A model generated the notes under the pieces. The model worked only from the letters and a program-made list of their open reading frames with translations, did not search any database and was not told the origin of the DNA. Positions 10,235 to 17,493 of a DNA stretch of 32,000 nt are shown here, piece after piece. The translations under genes were made by a program, and so were the position numbers. Each line of letters opens with the position of its first letter. The first letter of the stretch is position 1. Source of the DNA: Breznakia blatticola (lineage in GTDB: Bacteria > Bacillota_I > Bacilli_A > Erysipelotrichales > Erysipelotrichaceae); the NCBI RefSeq assembly GCF_004365815.1, contig NZ_SODD01000016.1, positions 1 to 32,000 on the forward strand, read 5' to 3'.

Positions 10235-10242
10235 AGATGTAA

Positions 10243-10275
10243 ACAAATAGGACGATTCACGTCCTATTTGTGTTT
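10243..10275 (+). terminator. Terminator hairpin after the adhesin gene
   Basis: ACAAATAGGACG / CGTCCTATTTGT 12-bp stem. The T tail is short (GTTT). Confidence 0.6.
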
Positions 10276-10303
10276 ATAAGTTCAAATGTATAGGGTGGAG
10301 ATT

Positions 10304-10486
10304 ATGGAAAACGATGATAGGAAGAAGATAGTGCAAAATAGACGAAAAAATGAATTAACAAGAAATGAATTATCTGATGAGATATTGCGTTTTGTGCTGA
10401 AAACTTGGGGGAGTCAAGAAACAATGAATACAACACAAAAAGATGATATGTATAAGCGTATCTGTAAATATCTTTCAGTGAAGTAA
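10304..10486 (+). CDS. Small hypothetical protein (60 aa)
   Basis: The ORF track starts at 10286, but ATG 10304 has a GGTGGAG SD. Charged, no recognisable domain. Confidence 0.3.
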   Translation: MENDDRKKIVQNRRKNELTRNELSDEILRFVLKTWGSQETMNTTQKDDMYKRICKYLSVK

Positions 10487-10550
10487 AGTTGATCAATTCT
10501 TTGTGTTTAAATATGTGTATATAAATGCACAAATTTTTCTATGGAGATAA

Positions 10551-10580
10551 TTGACGAATGATATGAAAATGAAAGATAAT
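10551..10580 (+). promoter_or_regulatory. Candidate sigma-A promoter for the sigma-fusion gene
   Basis: TTGACG (10551-10556), 18-nt spacer, GATAAT (10575-10580). Confidence 0.4.
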
Positions 10581-10616
10581 GGATAAGGTAATTAAGAGAC
10601 ATAGCAAGGTCTATGT

Positions 10617-11933
10617 GTGAAGGTGTGTATGAAAGATAAAGAGAAATTAGTAAATATAATTGATCAAGCAAAACAAGGGAACCAAGAAGCATTTAAACAA
10701 CTCTATGATGAATATGTAGATAATGTATATTTCACAGCATGGAATTATTTACACAATGAAAATAGTGCGCGTGATGTAGTGCAAGATGTTTTTATTCGCG
10801 TGCATAAAAATCTACAAAAACTAGAAAATCCAGCGGCATTTTATACGTGGATTAAGCGAATTACATTAAATGTATGTTACGACTATGATCAAAAAAGAGA
10901 ACCATATGTAGATTTGGGTGATGAAATGACAGTTGAAGATTTCGAAGACATTTCGCAAAAAGATGCAAAAGAAATCATAGAAAATAAAGAACTTCAAAAG
11001 ACAATTTATGATAGTATTCAATCACTAAAGCCTGCACTTCGAACAGTAGGTGTACTTCGTTATTATGACCAACTATCAGTATCTGAGATATCAGAAATAT
11101 TAAGTATTCCAGAAGGAACAGTTCACTCGCGGTTGTATCATATGAAAAATAAGTTGAAAACGATTTTGGAAAATCAAGGAATCTCTGCGAAAACGATTCC
11201 TGGTTTTGTATTAACTCCATCATTATTCAATATTGTGTATGAGACAATGGCTGCAAGTGTACAAACACCAGTAGTTCAAAACGCCAGTATTGGCGTAGGA
11301 AGTGCTGTAGTTGCTGCAAAAGGGGCATCCATGGCTTTCTCGACGAAGGCTGCAATTGCAGCGGTGGTTGGTGTTGCTGGTATTGCAGGTGTAGTTTACT
11401 TAAACCAACAAGAACCAACACCAGTAAAGTTGGAACAAAAAGCTCCTGCTACAGCAATCGAACAAGCGAAAATTGAATCGATTGAATACCCTAAAGATTG
11501 GACAAAAAAAGCATTTGAGCTACATGTTAAAACAACAAATGACGCATATGATGAAATACTAGTTGATGGAGATTCATCATTAATGATTCATGAAAATGGA
11601 GAATATGCAGTAACTTTAATGTTAGATGGAAAACAAATCGATGAGCGTATTGTGAGTATTGACTCATTTGATTTTGAAAGTCCAGATGTAGAAAACTATT
11701 CCATTGCAAATACAACATATACGATTCAATTAAAAGATAATGCATCAAAAGTAAATTATGGAAGTTTACGTTATTATGAAAATGATGAACTTGTACAAAA
11801 GGATATGCAAATTGATTATGAGACAAATACCATTATCGTGAATTGTGATTTTGAGGTAGTCGGAAAACTATATATTCAAGATTATGCAGGTAATGAGTTA
11901 GAATTGATTTTACAAGATAAAGTATCAGAATAG
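10617..11933 (+). CDS. Sigma-70 family (ECF-like) sigma factor fused to a TM helix and an extracytoplasmic beta-rich domain
   Basis: 438 aa. It has region 2 (DVVQDVFIRVHKNL...FYTWIKRITLNVCYDY) and a region 4 HTH (LSVSEISEILSIPEGTVHSRLYHMKNKL). These are followed by a linker, a hydrophobic helix (AAIAAVVGVAGIAGVVYL) and a C-terminal domain of about 175 aa. The start is ambiguous (GTG 10617 or ATG 10629). Confidence 0.8.
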   Translation: MKVCMKDKEKLVNIIDQAKQGNQEAFKQLYDEYVDNVYFTAWNYLHNENSARDVVQDVFIRVHKNLQKLENPAAFYTWIKRITLNVCYDYDQKREPYVDLGDEMTVEDFEDISQKDAKEIIENKELQKTIYDSIQSLKPALRTVGVLRYYDQLSVSEISEILSIPEGTVHSRLYHMKNKLKTILENQGISAKTIPGFVLTPSLFNIVYETMAASVQTPVVQNASIGVGSAVVAAKGASMAFSTKAAIAAVVGVAGIAGVVYLNQQEPTPVKLEQKAPATAIEQAKIESIEYPKDWTKKAFELHVKTTNDAYDEILVDGDSSLMIHENGEYAVTLMLDGKQIDERIVSIDSFDFESPDVENYSIANTTYTIQLKDNASKVNYGSLRYYENDELVQKDMQIDYETNTIIVNCDFEVVGKLYIQDYAGNELELILQDKVSE

Positions 11934-11935
11934 AA

Positions 11936-11960
11936 AAAAGCATGCCATCGCATGCTTTTT
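11936..11960 (+). terminator. Rho-independent terminator
   Basis: AAAAGCATGC / GCATGCTTTTT stem, CATC loop, T-run. Confidence 0.75.
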
Positions 11961-12041
11961 AGTTATGTCTCTTGATTTCTTAAAAGGATCGCATAAGAAA
12001 TAATTGGGTAAGATTGTCATAAAGGAGTCCCAGACATACAA

Positions 12042-12173
12042 GTTAGTCATAACTAACTATCCACATAATACACGATATAAAAGTATGTGTCAACTGATAT
12101 GTTCTAAAAAGTTTTATCTTGAGTTAGAAATAGTTAACAAATCATTGACAAGGAGGTTAACCAGTGCTAACAT
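12042..12173 (+). promoter_or_regulatory. feo promoter with three GTTAG/CTAAC-type candidate metalloregulator sites
   Basis: TTGACA (12145-12150), 17 nt, TAACAT (12168-12173). Three sites are present. The first is GTTAG-N6-CTAAC (12042-12057). The second is GTTAG-N5-GTTAAC (12123-12138). The third is GTTAAC-N5-CTAAC (12156-12171), overlapping the spacer and -10. Confidence 0.4.
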
Positions 12174-12203
12174 TACAATGAAAAATAAGAAAGGATGATA
12201 CAT

Positions 12204-12416
12204 ATGCCATTAATTATCGCACCATTAGGAAAATCAGTAAAAGTATTAAAATACTCTTTAGATGAGGGTTCAGAAAAACGTTTGCGTGATTTAGGTTTAG
12301 TTCCTGGATGTGAAATCGCTGTTGTTCAAGAAAGTGGCGGAGATTTAATCATCCAAGTGAAAGATGCAAGAATTGCATTGAATAAAAGTTTAGCAAGAAA
12401 GATCTTTGTTGCGTAA
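12204..12416 (+). CDS. feoA: Ferrous iron transport protein A
   Basis: Small SH3-like FeoA pattern (VKVLKYSLDEGSEKRLRDLGLVPGCEIAVV). ATG 12204 has better SD spacing (AAAGGA N8) than the track start at 12195. Confidence 0.85.
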   Translation: MPLIIAPLGKSVKVLKYSLDEGSEKRLRDLGLVPGCEIAVVQESGGDLIIQVKDARIALNKSLARKIFVA

Positions 12417-12433
12417 GCTGTGGGAGGAATACT

Positions 12434-12652
12434 ATGAATTTAAAAGATGTAAAACCTGGAGAAACAGTCACTGTCACTAAGGTAAATGGAGCAGGACCGA
12501 TTCGCCGTCGTATATTTGATATGGGAATCACCCCAAATACAGAAATTTATGTACGTAAAGTTGCACCATTAGGAGACCCTATTGAAATAACATTACGTGG
12601 ATATGAATTATCATTACGTAAAGCAGAAGCTCAAGAAATCGAGGTTAAGTAG
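12434..12652 (+). CDS. feoA: Ferrous iron transport protein A (second copy)
   Basis: 72 aa. FeoA pattern (GETVTVTKVNGAGPIRRRIFDMGITPNTEIYV). GGGAGG SD. Confidence 0.85.
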   Translation: MNLKDVKPGETVTVTKVNGAGPIRRRIFDMGITPNTEIYVRKVAPLGDPIEITLRGYELSLRKAEAQEIEVK

Positions 12653-12655
12653 GAT

Positions 12656-14710
12656 ATGAAGATTGCATTAGTTGGAAATCCAAACAGTGGGAAAACAACA
12701 CTATTTAACGAATTAACTGGTTCAACTGCCAAAGTTGGAAACTGGGCAGGAGTTACGGTTGATAAAAAAGAAGGAACCTATAAAAAAGCGAAAACACCGA
12801 TGGACATTATTGACCTTCCAGGTGTTTATTCTTTGTCTCCATATACATTAGAGGAAGTAATTGCACGTGATTATATTGTAAATGAGCAACCAGATGCAAT
12901 TATCAATATTGTTGATGCAACAAACTTAGAAAGAAACTTGTATTTAACAACACAAATCTTAGAAACCGATATCCCTGTAGTTATCGCTCTAAACATGATG
13001 GATGTTGTAAAAAAGACAAAAGATGAAATCAACACGAAAGCAATTGAACAAAAACTGGGTGTGCCTGTTATTGAAATCAGTGCACTTCGTGGAGAAAATA
13101 TTCATGAGCTGATGAATGTAGTTGCTGCACTAGCAAAAAAACGTGAACCACTTGATATTTTTAGTGGAACACAACTAGAAAGTTCATATCGTTCACTTGT
13201 TGATTTATTTACAAAACACAATGTAAAACAACCATGTTTTACGGCAAGCAAAGTGTTAGAAAATGATGAGAAGATTTTATCGTTTGATGAAGTAAAAGCT
13301 TTGCAAGCTGAAATTGAAAAGATTACAACATTAACTGAAGATAACGAAGCATTAATGGCAGATATTCGTTATGGGTATATTGATGAACAATTACGTAGTG
13401 CGATTAAAAAATCAAAAGTACTTGGAGAAATGAGCACATCCGATAAAATTGATAAGGTACTAACAAACCGTATTGTGGGACTTCCAATATTTGCACTAAT
13501 TATGTTTTTGATTTTCCACTGTACGTTTTCAGAAAACTTCTTAGGACTTGGTATTGCTTCACCTGGGGTATATATTCAAGGGCTAACTGAAATTCCAATT
13601 GAATGGATATCTGATGGACTAACTGGATTACTTGATTCACTAGGTGCATCTGCATGGGTATATGGATTAGTCATTCAAGGGATTGTTGCTGGAGTTGGTG
13701 GTGTATTATCGTTTATTCCACAAATTCTATTAATCTTCTTATTCCTATCATTCTTAGAAGATAGTGGATATATGGCACGTGTCGTATTTATTATGGACCG
13801 AATTCTACGTCGCTTTGGTTTATCAGGAAAAGCATTCTTACCATTATTAACTGGGTTTGGATGTTCTGTGCCAGCAATTATGGGTGCTCGTACATTAGAA
13901 GGTGAAAAGGAACGAAAACTTACGATGTTACTAGTTCCATATATGTCTTGTGGGGCAAAGGCACCAATTTGGGCAATCTTTGCAGCTGCAGTATTTCCGA
14001 ATCATGCAGATATTATGACTTTTGGAATATATTTCTTAGGAATCTTTGTTGCTGTGATTTCTGCAGTTCTACTTAAACGTCTTGTATTTAAAGGAGAAAC
14101 AACACCGTTTGTTATGGAAATGCCAACCTATCATTGGCCACGGTTTAAAAACTTAATGCTACGTTTGTGGGATAAATTAAAAGGATATATTACACGTGCA
14201 GGAACCGTAATTCTTGCAAGTACAATTGTTCTTTGGTTTTTAGGTAACTTTGATTTCTCCTTACAAATGGTGGAAGCAAACTCAGATACAAGTATCTTAG
14301 GAGTAGTTGCTGATTCTATTACATTTATCTTTAGACCATTAGGATTTGCAAGTGGAAGTGCTGGATGGAAAGCAGTAGTTGCCATTCTAACAGGACTTGT
14401 TGCTAAAGAAGCGGTCGTTTCAACAATGGGAGTTCTTTACACAGGAATGGAAAGTGAAGAAGAATTCTTGGGAGAAGATGAAGCAACAACATCTCTTGTC
14501 GCAACAATTGGACAAACCTTTACGCCACTTGCTGCCATCTCATTTATGGCATTTAACTTATTAAGTATTCCATGTATGGCTGCAGTTGCTGCTTTACGTG
14601 CAGAAATGAATGATCGTAAGTTATTTATATTTACGATGACATATTGGGTTGTGATTGCTTGGATTGTTTCATTCTTAATCTACAACGTGGGAAGCCTACT
14701 GGGGTTCTAG
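12656..14710 (+). CDS. feoB: Ferrous iron transporter B
   Basis: 684 aa. N-terminal G-domain (GNPNSGKTTLFN, DLPG, NMMD) and a polytopic gate domain. Confidence 0.97.
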   Translation: MKIALVGNPNSGKTTLFNELTGSTAKVGNWAGVTVDKKEGTYKKAKTPMDIIDLPGVYSLSPYTLEEVIARDYIVNEQPDAIINIVDATNLERNLYLTTQILETDIPVVIALNMMDVVKKTKDEINTKAIEQKLGVPVIEISALRGENIHELMNVVAALAKKREPLDIFSGTQLESSYRSLVDLFTKHNVKQPCFTASKVLENDEKILSFDEVKALQAEIEKITTLTEDNEALMADIRYGYIDEQLRSAIKKSKVLGEMSTSDKIDKVLTNRIVGLPIFALIMFLIFHCTFSENFLGLGIASPGVYIQGLTEIPIEWISDGLTGLLDSLGASAWVYGLVIQGIVAGVGGVLSFIPQILLIFLFLSFLEDSGYMARVVFIMDRILRRFGLSGKAFLPLLTGFGCSVPAIMGARTLEGEKERKLTMLLVPYMSCGAKAPIWAIFAAAVFPNHADIMTFGIYFLGIFVAVISAVLLKRLVFKGETTPFVMEMPTYHWPRFKNLMLRLWDKLKGYITRAGTVILASTIVLWFLGNFDFSLQMVEANSDTSILGVVADSITFIFRPLGFASGSAGWKAVVAILTGLVAKEAVVSTMGVLYTGMESEEEFLGEDEATTSLVATIGQTFTPLAAISFMAFNLLSIPCMAAVAALRAEMNDRKLFIFTMTYWVVIAWIVSFLIYNVGSLLGF

Positions 14711-14714
14711 AACT

Positions 14715-14921
14715 ATGAAACCTGTAGACATTGTAGTCCTTGTACTAGCTATTGGCTTTGTGGGGTTCATCGTCTATACGCAATACAAAAAACACCAAGC
14801 AAGAAAAGCAAGTGGTATTATAGGGTGTGGAGGAAGTTGCACAGGCTGTTCAGATAAAGCAGCATGTGAAACCATCCGTAACATCAAAGAAATAATCAAA
14901 GAGGATGAAGCCAAGAAATAA
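14715..14921 (+). CDS. FeoB-associated Cys-rich small membrane protein
   Basis: 68 aa. N-terminal TM helix, then CGGSCTGCSDKAAC. Sits immediately after feoB, as in the FeoB-associated Cys-rich family. Confidence 0.7.
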   Translation: MKPVDIVVLVLAIGFVGFIVYTQYKKHQARKASGIIGCGGSCTGCSDKAACETIRNIKEIIKEDEAKK

Positions 14922-14940
14922 TGGCAACATCCTCTTTTTT
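14901..14940 (+). terminator. Terminator of the feo operon
   Basis: GAGGATG ... CATCCTC stem (20-nt loop) followed by T6. It overlaps the end of the CDS. Confidence 0.5.
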
Positions 14941-14967
14941 GGTAAATAAAAAATAGCGTATGACTCG

Positions 14968-15342
14968 CTATTTCTTATACTCATTAATCATTCGTTCAAT
15001 ACTCTCGAATGTTTCGTTTGATATGATGTGTTCAATTCGACACGCATCTTTTTCTGCTATTTCTTCTGAAACTTTCAATACCTCAATCAAAAAGCTTCGG
15101 ATGGTTGTGTGACGATGAAAAATCATCGCTCCCATTTCTTTTCCAGACTTTGTAAGTGTGATGCCACCGTAAACTTCTTGGGTGATGAGACCGCGATCCT
15201 TTAAGTTGTTAACAGCTTTATTTACACTTGGTTTAGAGACACCCATCATTTTTGCTACGTCAATCGAACGCACTTTATCGCTTTGTTCAGACAGAACCAT
15301 GATGGTTTCTAGGTAGTCTTCTAATGATTCGCCTAAAAGCAT
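14968..15342 (-). CDS. DtxR/MntR-family metal-dependent transcriptional regulator (short form, no SH3-like tail)
   Basis: 124 aa. Winged HTH (SIDVAKMMGVSKPSVNKAVNNLKDRGL) and a dimerisation/metal-site region (HRHTTIRSFL...DACRIEH). Confidence 0.85.
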   Translation of the reverse strand: MLLGESLEDYLETIMVLSEQSDKVRSIDVAKMMGVSKPSVNKAVNNLKDRGLITQEVYGGITLTKSGKEMGAMIFHRHTTIRSFLIEVLKVSEEIAEKDACRIEHIISNETFESIERMINEYKK

Positions 15343-15394
15343 ATTATCACCTCGCTTATCGCTATTATATCATATGATGTCTAATTTTTTCACA

Positions 15395-15754
15395 TTATGC
15401 CTGGCGAATCATATCTAGGTAGGTTGCTTCTTTGAAGCCAACAGTAACTTGATCGTTCACCATTAAGATTGGTCGTTTTACTAACATTCCATTGCTAGCT
15501 AATAATTTGATTTGTTCATCTTCACTCATAGAATGAATCGTATCTTTGATTCGCATTTGGCGATACACGCCTCCAGAGGTATTCCAGAAACTTTGAAGTG
15601 ATACATTACTCATTTCATAAAGCTTTCTCAGTTCTTCTTCAGTCAGTTTCTCTGCTACGATATCTCTTGTTTTAAACTGCACATTATTCATTTCCAAAAA
15701 GCGTTTTGCTTTTTGACATGTGCTACATCTTTGGTAACCCATTAGTAGTATCAT
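15395..15754 (-). CDS. ArsC/Spx-superfamily (YffB-like) thioredoxin-fold protein
   Basis: 119 aa. N-terminal CSTC redox motif in the context YQRCSTCQKAKRFL, and a C-terminal KRPIL motif. Confidence 0.8.
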   Translation of the reverse strand: MILLMGYQRCSTCQKAKRFLEMNNVQFKTRDIVAEKLTEEELRKLYEMSNVSLQSFWNTSGGVYRQMRIKDTIHSMSEDEQIKLLASNGMLVKRPILMVNDQVTVGFKEATYLDMIRQA

Positions 15755-15834
15755 ATATGTTCTCCTCGAGATTTACCTACATATTATAACGTGATAACGC
15801 TTTCTTTTCTACCCTTTTGTTAGTGATGTAAATC

Positions 15835-15843
15835 TGGTATAAT
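15835..15843 (+). promoter_or_regulatory. Extended -10 element (TGgTATAAT) upstream of the S-box leader
   Basis: TG at 15835-15836 and TATAAT at 15838-15843. The -35 is weak. Confidence 0.45.
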
Positions 15844-15898
15844 TTCAAGGTGAAAATACTTGCTTTACTTGTACCTTTATGGTTAAATAACCATACAT

Positions 15899-16035
15899 CA
15901 ATTATCAAGAGATGGGGTAGAGAGTTAGCTCGTTAGATCCCACGCCAACCTCACTATATGTGAAAGGTGGTACTGCTAACAACGATAAGAGAAGAATACT
16001 TGAAAAAGCAATGCCTTCTCGTGAGGCATTTTTTA
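15899..16035 (+). promoter_or_regulatory. SAM-I (S-box) riboswitch with terminator/antiterminator expression platform
   Basis: P1 UUAUCAAGAG ... GAUAAGAG. Core elements are also present (GGGGUAGAGAG, GCUCGUUAGAUCCC, GCCAACC, P3 hairpin UCAC/GUGA, AAGGUGG). GAGAAG (15989-15994) can pair with CUUCUC (16015-16020) as an antiterminator. The terminator is ATGCCT/AGGCAT plus T6. It lies upstream of metK. Confidence 0.8.
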
Positions 16036-16057
16036 ATTGCCAGAAAGGAATTTATTG

Positions 16058-17158
16058 ATGAAAGATTACATTTTTACCAGTGAAAGTATCACTGAAGGGC
16101 ACTCAGATAAAATCTGTGACCAAATTGCTGATGCGATTTTAGATGCTGCATTACGTGAAGATCCAAATAGTAAAATGGCGGTGGAAGCGACAATTAAAGA
16201 TGATTTTGTGTTAATTTATGGAGAAGCAAACACGAAAGCAGTAATTGATTATCCAGCAATCGCGAAAGCAGTAATTAAGAAAATTGGCTATGAAGAAGAC
16301 TATAATGTACTTGTGAAAGTAAACCGTCAAAGTGCAGAAATCTATGCTGCTGTAGAAGAAAATGATGGAGAAGTTGGTGCTGGTGACCAAGGGTTGATGT
16401 TTGGTTATGCATGTGATGAATCTGATGAATACATGCCTGCTCCAATTTATTATGCACACAAACTGGCACGTAAACTTACAGAAGTACGTCGTCAACATGC
16501 AGATATTTTAAAACCAGATGGAAAAACACAAGTATCTGTTGAATACAAAGATGATAAAGTAAGTCGTATTGATACAGTTGTTGTTTCTACACAACATGCT
16601 GAAGGTGTAAGCCAAGAAGAAATCAAAGAACTTATTATGAATGAAGTCGTACGTCCTTCATTAGAAGTAGAACTTGTTGATGAAAATACAAAATACATTA
16701 TCAACCCAAGTGGAAGTTTCATTGTAGGTGGATCCTTTGGTGATTCAGGAACAACTGGACGTAAAATCGTCGTAGATACATACGGTGGAATGGGACGTAT
16801 TGGAGGAGGATGTTTATCAAGTAAAGATCCAACTAAAGTGGACCGTTCTGCAGCATATTATGCACGTTATGTTGCCAAAAGTGTAGTAGCTAATAAACTT
16901 GCACGTCGTTGTGAAGTTCAAGTTGCTTATGCAATTGGTAAAGGAGAACCTGTATCGTTATTAGTAGATACATTTGGTACAGGAGTTACAAGTGATGAGC
17001 AACTACTTGAAATCATTAAAAAGAACTTTGATTTCTCAGTACGTAACATTCTTGAAGAACTTGATCTGAAAAAACCAGTATATGCAAAAACTGCATGTTA
17101 TGGACATTTCGGAGATCCTCAATTCAGTTGGGAAAAAATTAAAAAAATCGAAAAATAG
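16058..17158 (+). CDS. metK: S-adenosylmethionine synthase
   Basis: The track starts at TTG 16037, but ATG 16058 has an AGAAAGGAA SD. Motifs: FTSESITEGHSDKICDQIADAILDA, GAGDQGLMFGYA, GGGCLSSKDPTKVDRSAAY. Confidence 0.95.
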   Translation: MKDYIFTSESITEGHSDKICDQIADAILDAALREDPNSKMAVEATIKDDFVLIYGEANTKAVIDYPAIAKAVIKKIGYEEDYNVLVKVNRQSAEIYAAVEENDGEVGAGDQGLMFGYACDESDEYMPAPIYYAHKLARKLTEVRRQHADILKPDGKTQVSVEYKDDKVSRIDTVVVSTQHAEGVSQEEIKELIMNEVVRPSLEVELVDENTKYIINPSGSFIVGGSFGDSGTTGRKIVVDTYGGMGRIGGGCLSSKDPTKVDRSAAYYARYVAKSVVANKLARRCEVQVAYAIGKGEPVSLLVDTFGTGVTSDEQLLEIIKKNFDFSVRNILEELDLKKPVYAKTACYGHFGDPQFSWEKIKKIEK

Positions 17159-17165
17159 AGAATTT

Positions 17166-17202
17166 AAAGATAGTTTCACTTATGAGACTATCTTTTCTTT
17201 TC
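17166..17202 (+). terminator. Rho-independent terminator of metK
   Basis: AAAGATAGT / ACTATCTTT stem followed by a T-rich tail. Confidence 0.65.
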
Positions 17203-17265
17203 AAATACAGGTATTTGCATATTCTCTTTAATTATTGGACAAAGTATATTATAATAGGTTGGAAT

Positions 17266-17480
17266 AAGCGATGAGAAAAAGAGTAAGTATGAAACGTTCT
17301 CTAGAGAGCAAATGGTTGGTGTAAATTTGCGAATGCGTCATAGTGAAGATGGTTTTTGAGCTTTCATATCGATATGTAGGTATGAACGTATGCGGCGTTA
17401 ACGCACTTAAGGTATGTATAAGCATACAAAATAAGGTGGTAACACGGTAGTCTCGTCCTTTGGGTGGGATTTTTTATTTT
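17266..17480 (+). promoter_or_regulatory. T-box leader, Met specifier
   Basis: Stem I has a GA/K-turn (GCGAUGAG), AGUA, and the distal AGAGAG...GGUUGGUG. The specifier loop is GAAG-AUG-G, with AUG at 17349-17351 followed by a purine. The T-box sequence AAUAAGGUGGUAACACGG lies at 17430-17447. A weak GU-rich terminator stem is followed by a T-run (17452-17480). Confidence 0.8.
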
Positions 17481-17493
17481 ATATGGAGGTAAC

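Noticed and set aside
6887-10260. Six minus-strand ORFs inside the adhesin gene (6887-7249, 7539-7772, 7747-8136, 8155-8388, 8506-8694, 10012-10260)
   Set aside because: These are shadow frames of a long repetitive coding region. They have no SDs and their periodic composition mirrors the plus-strand repeats.
10302-10692. Minus-strand ORFs 10302-10532 and 10507-10692
   Set aside because: They lie in an AT-rich intergenic and promoter region, have no SD, and overlap the better-supported plus-strand small ORF and the sigma promoter.
12004-12198. 64-aa ORF upstream of feoA
   Set aside because: It uses a non-ATG start and has no SD. It lies across the feo promoter and the candidate operator sites. 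Its composition is typical of random AT-rich frames.
15879-15896. Perfect 7-bp hairpin TATGGTT-AAAT-AACCATA just before the S-box P1
   Set aside because: It could be an operator or a leader element, but it is a single occurrence without supporting context, so it is not reported as a finding.
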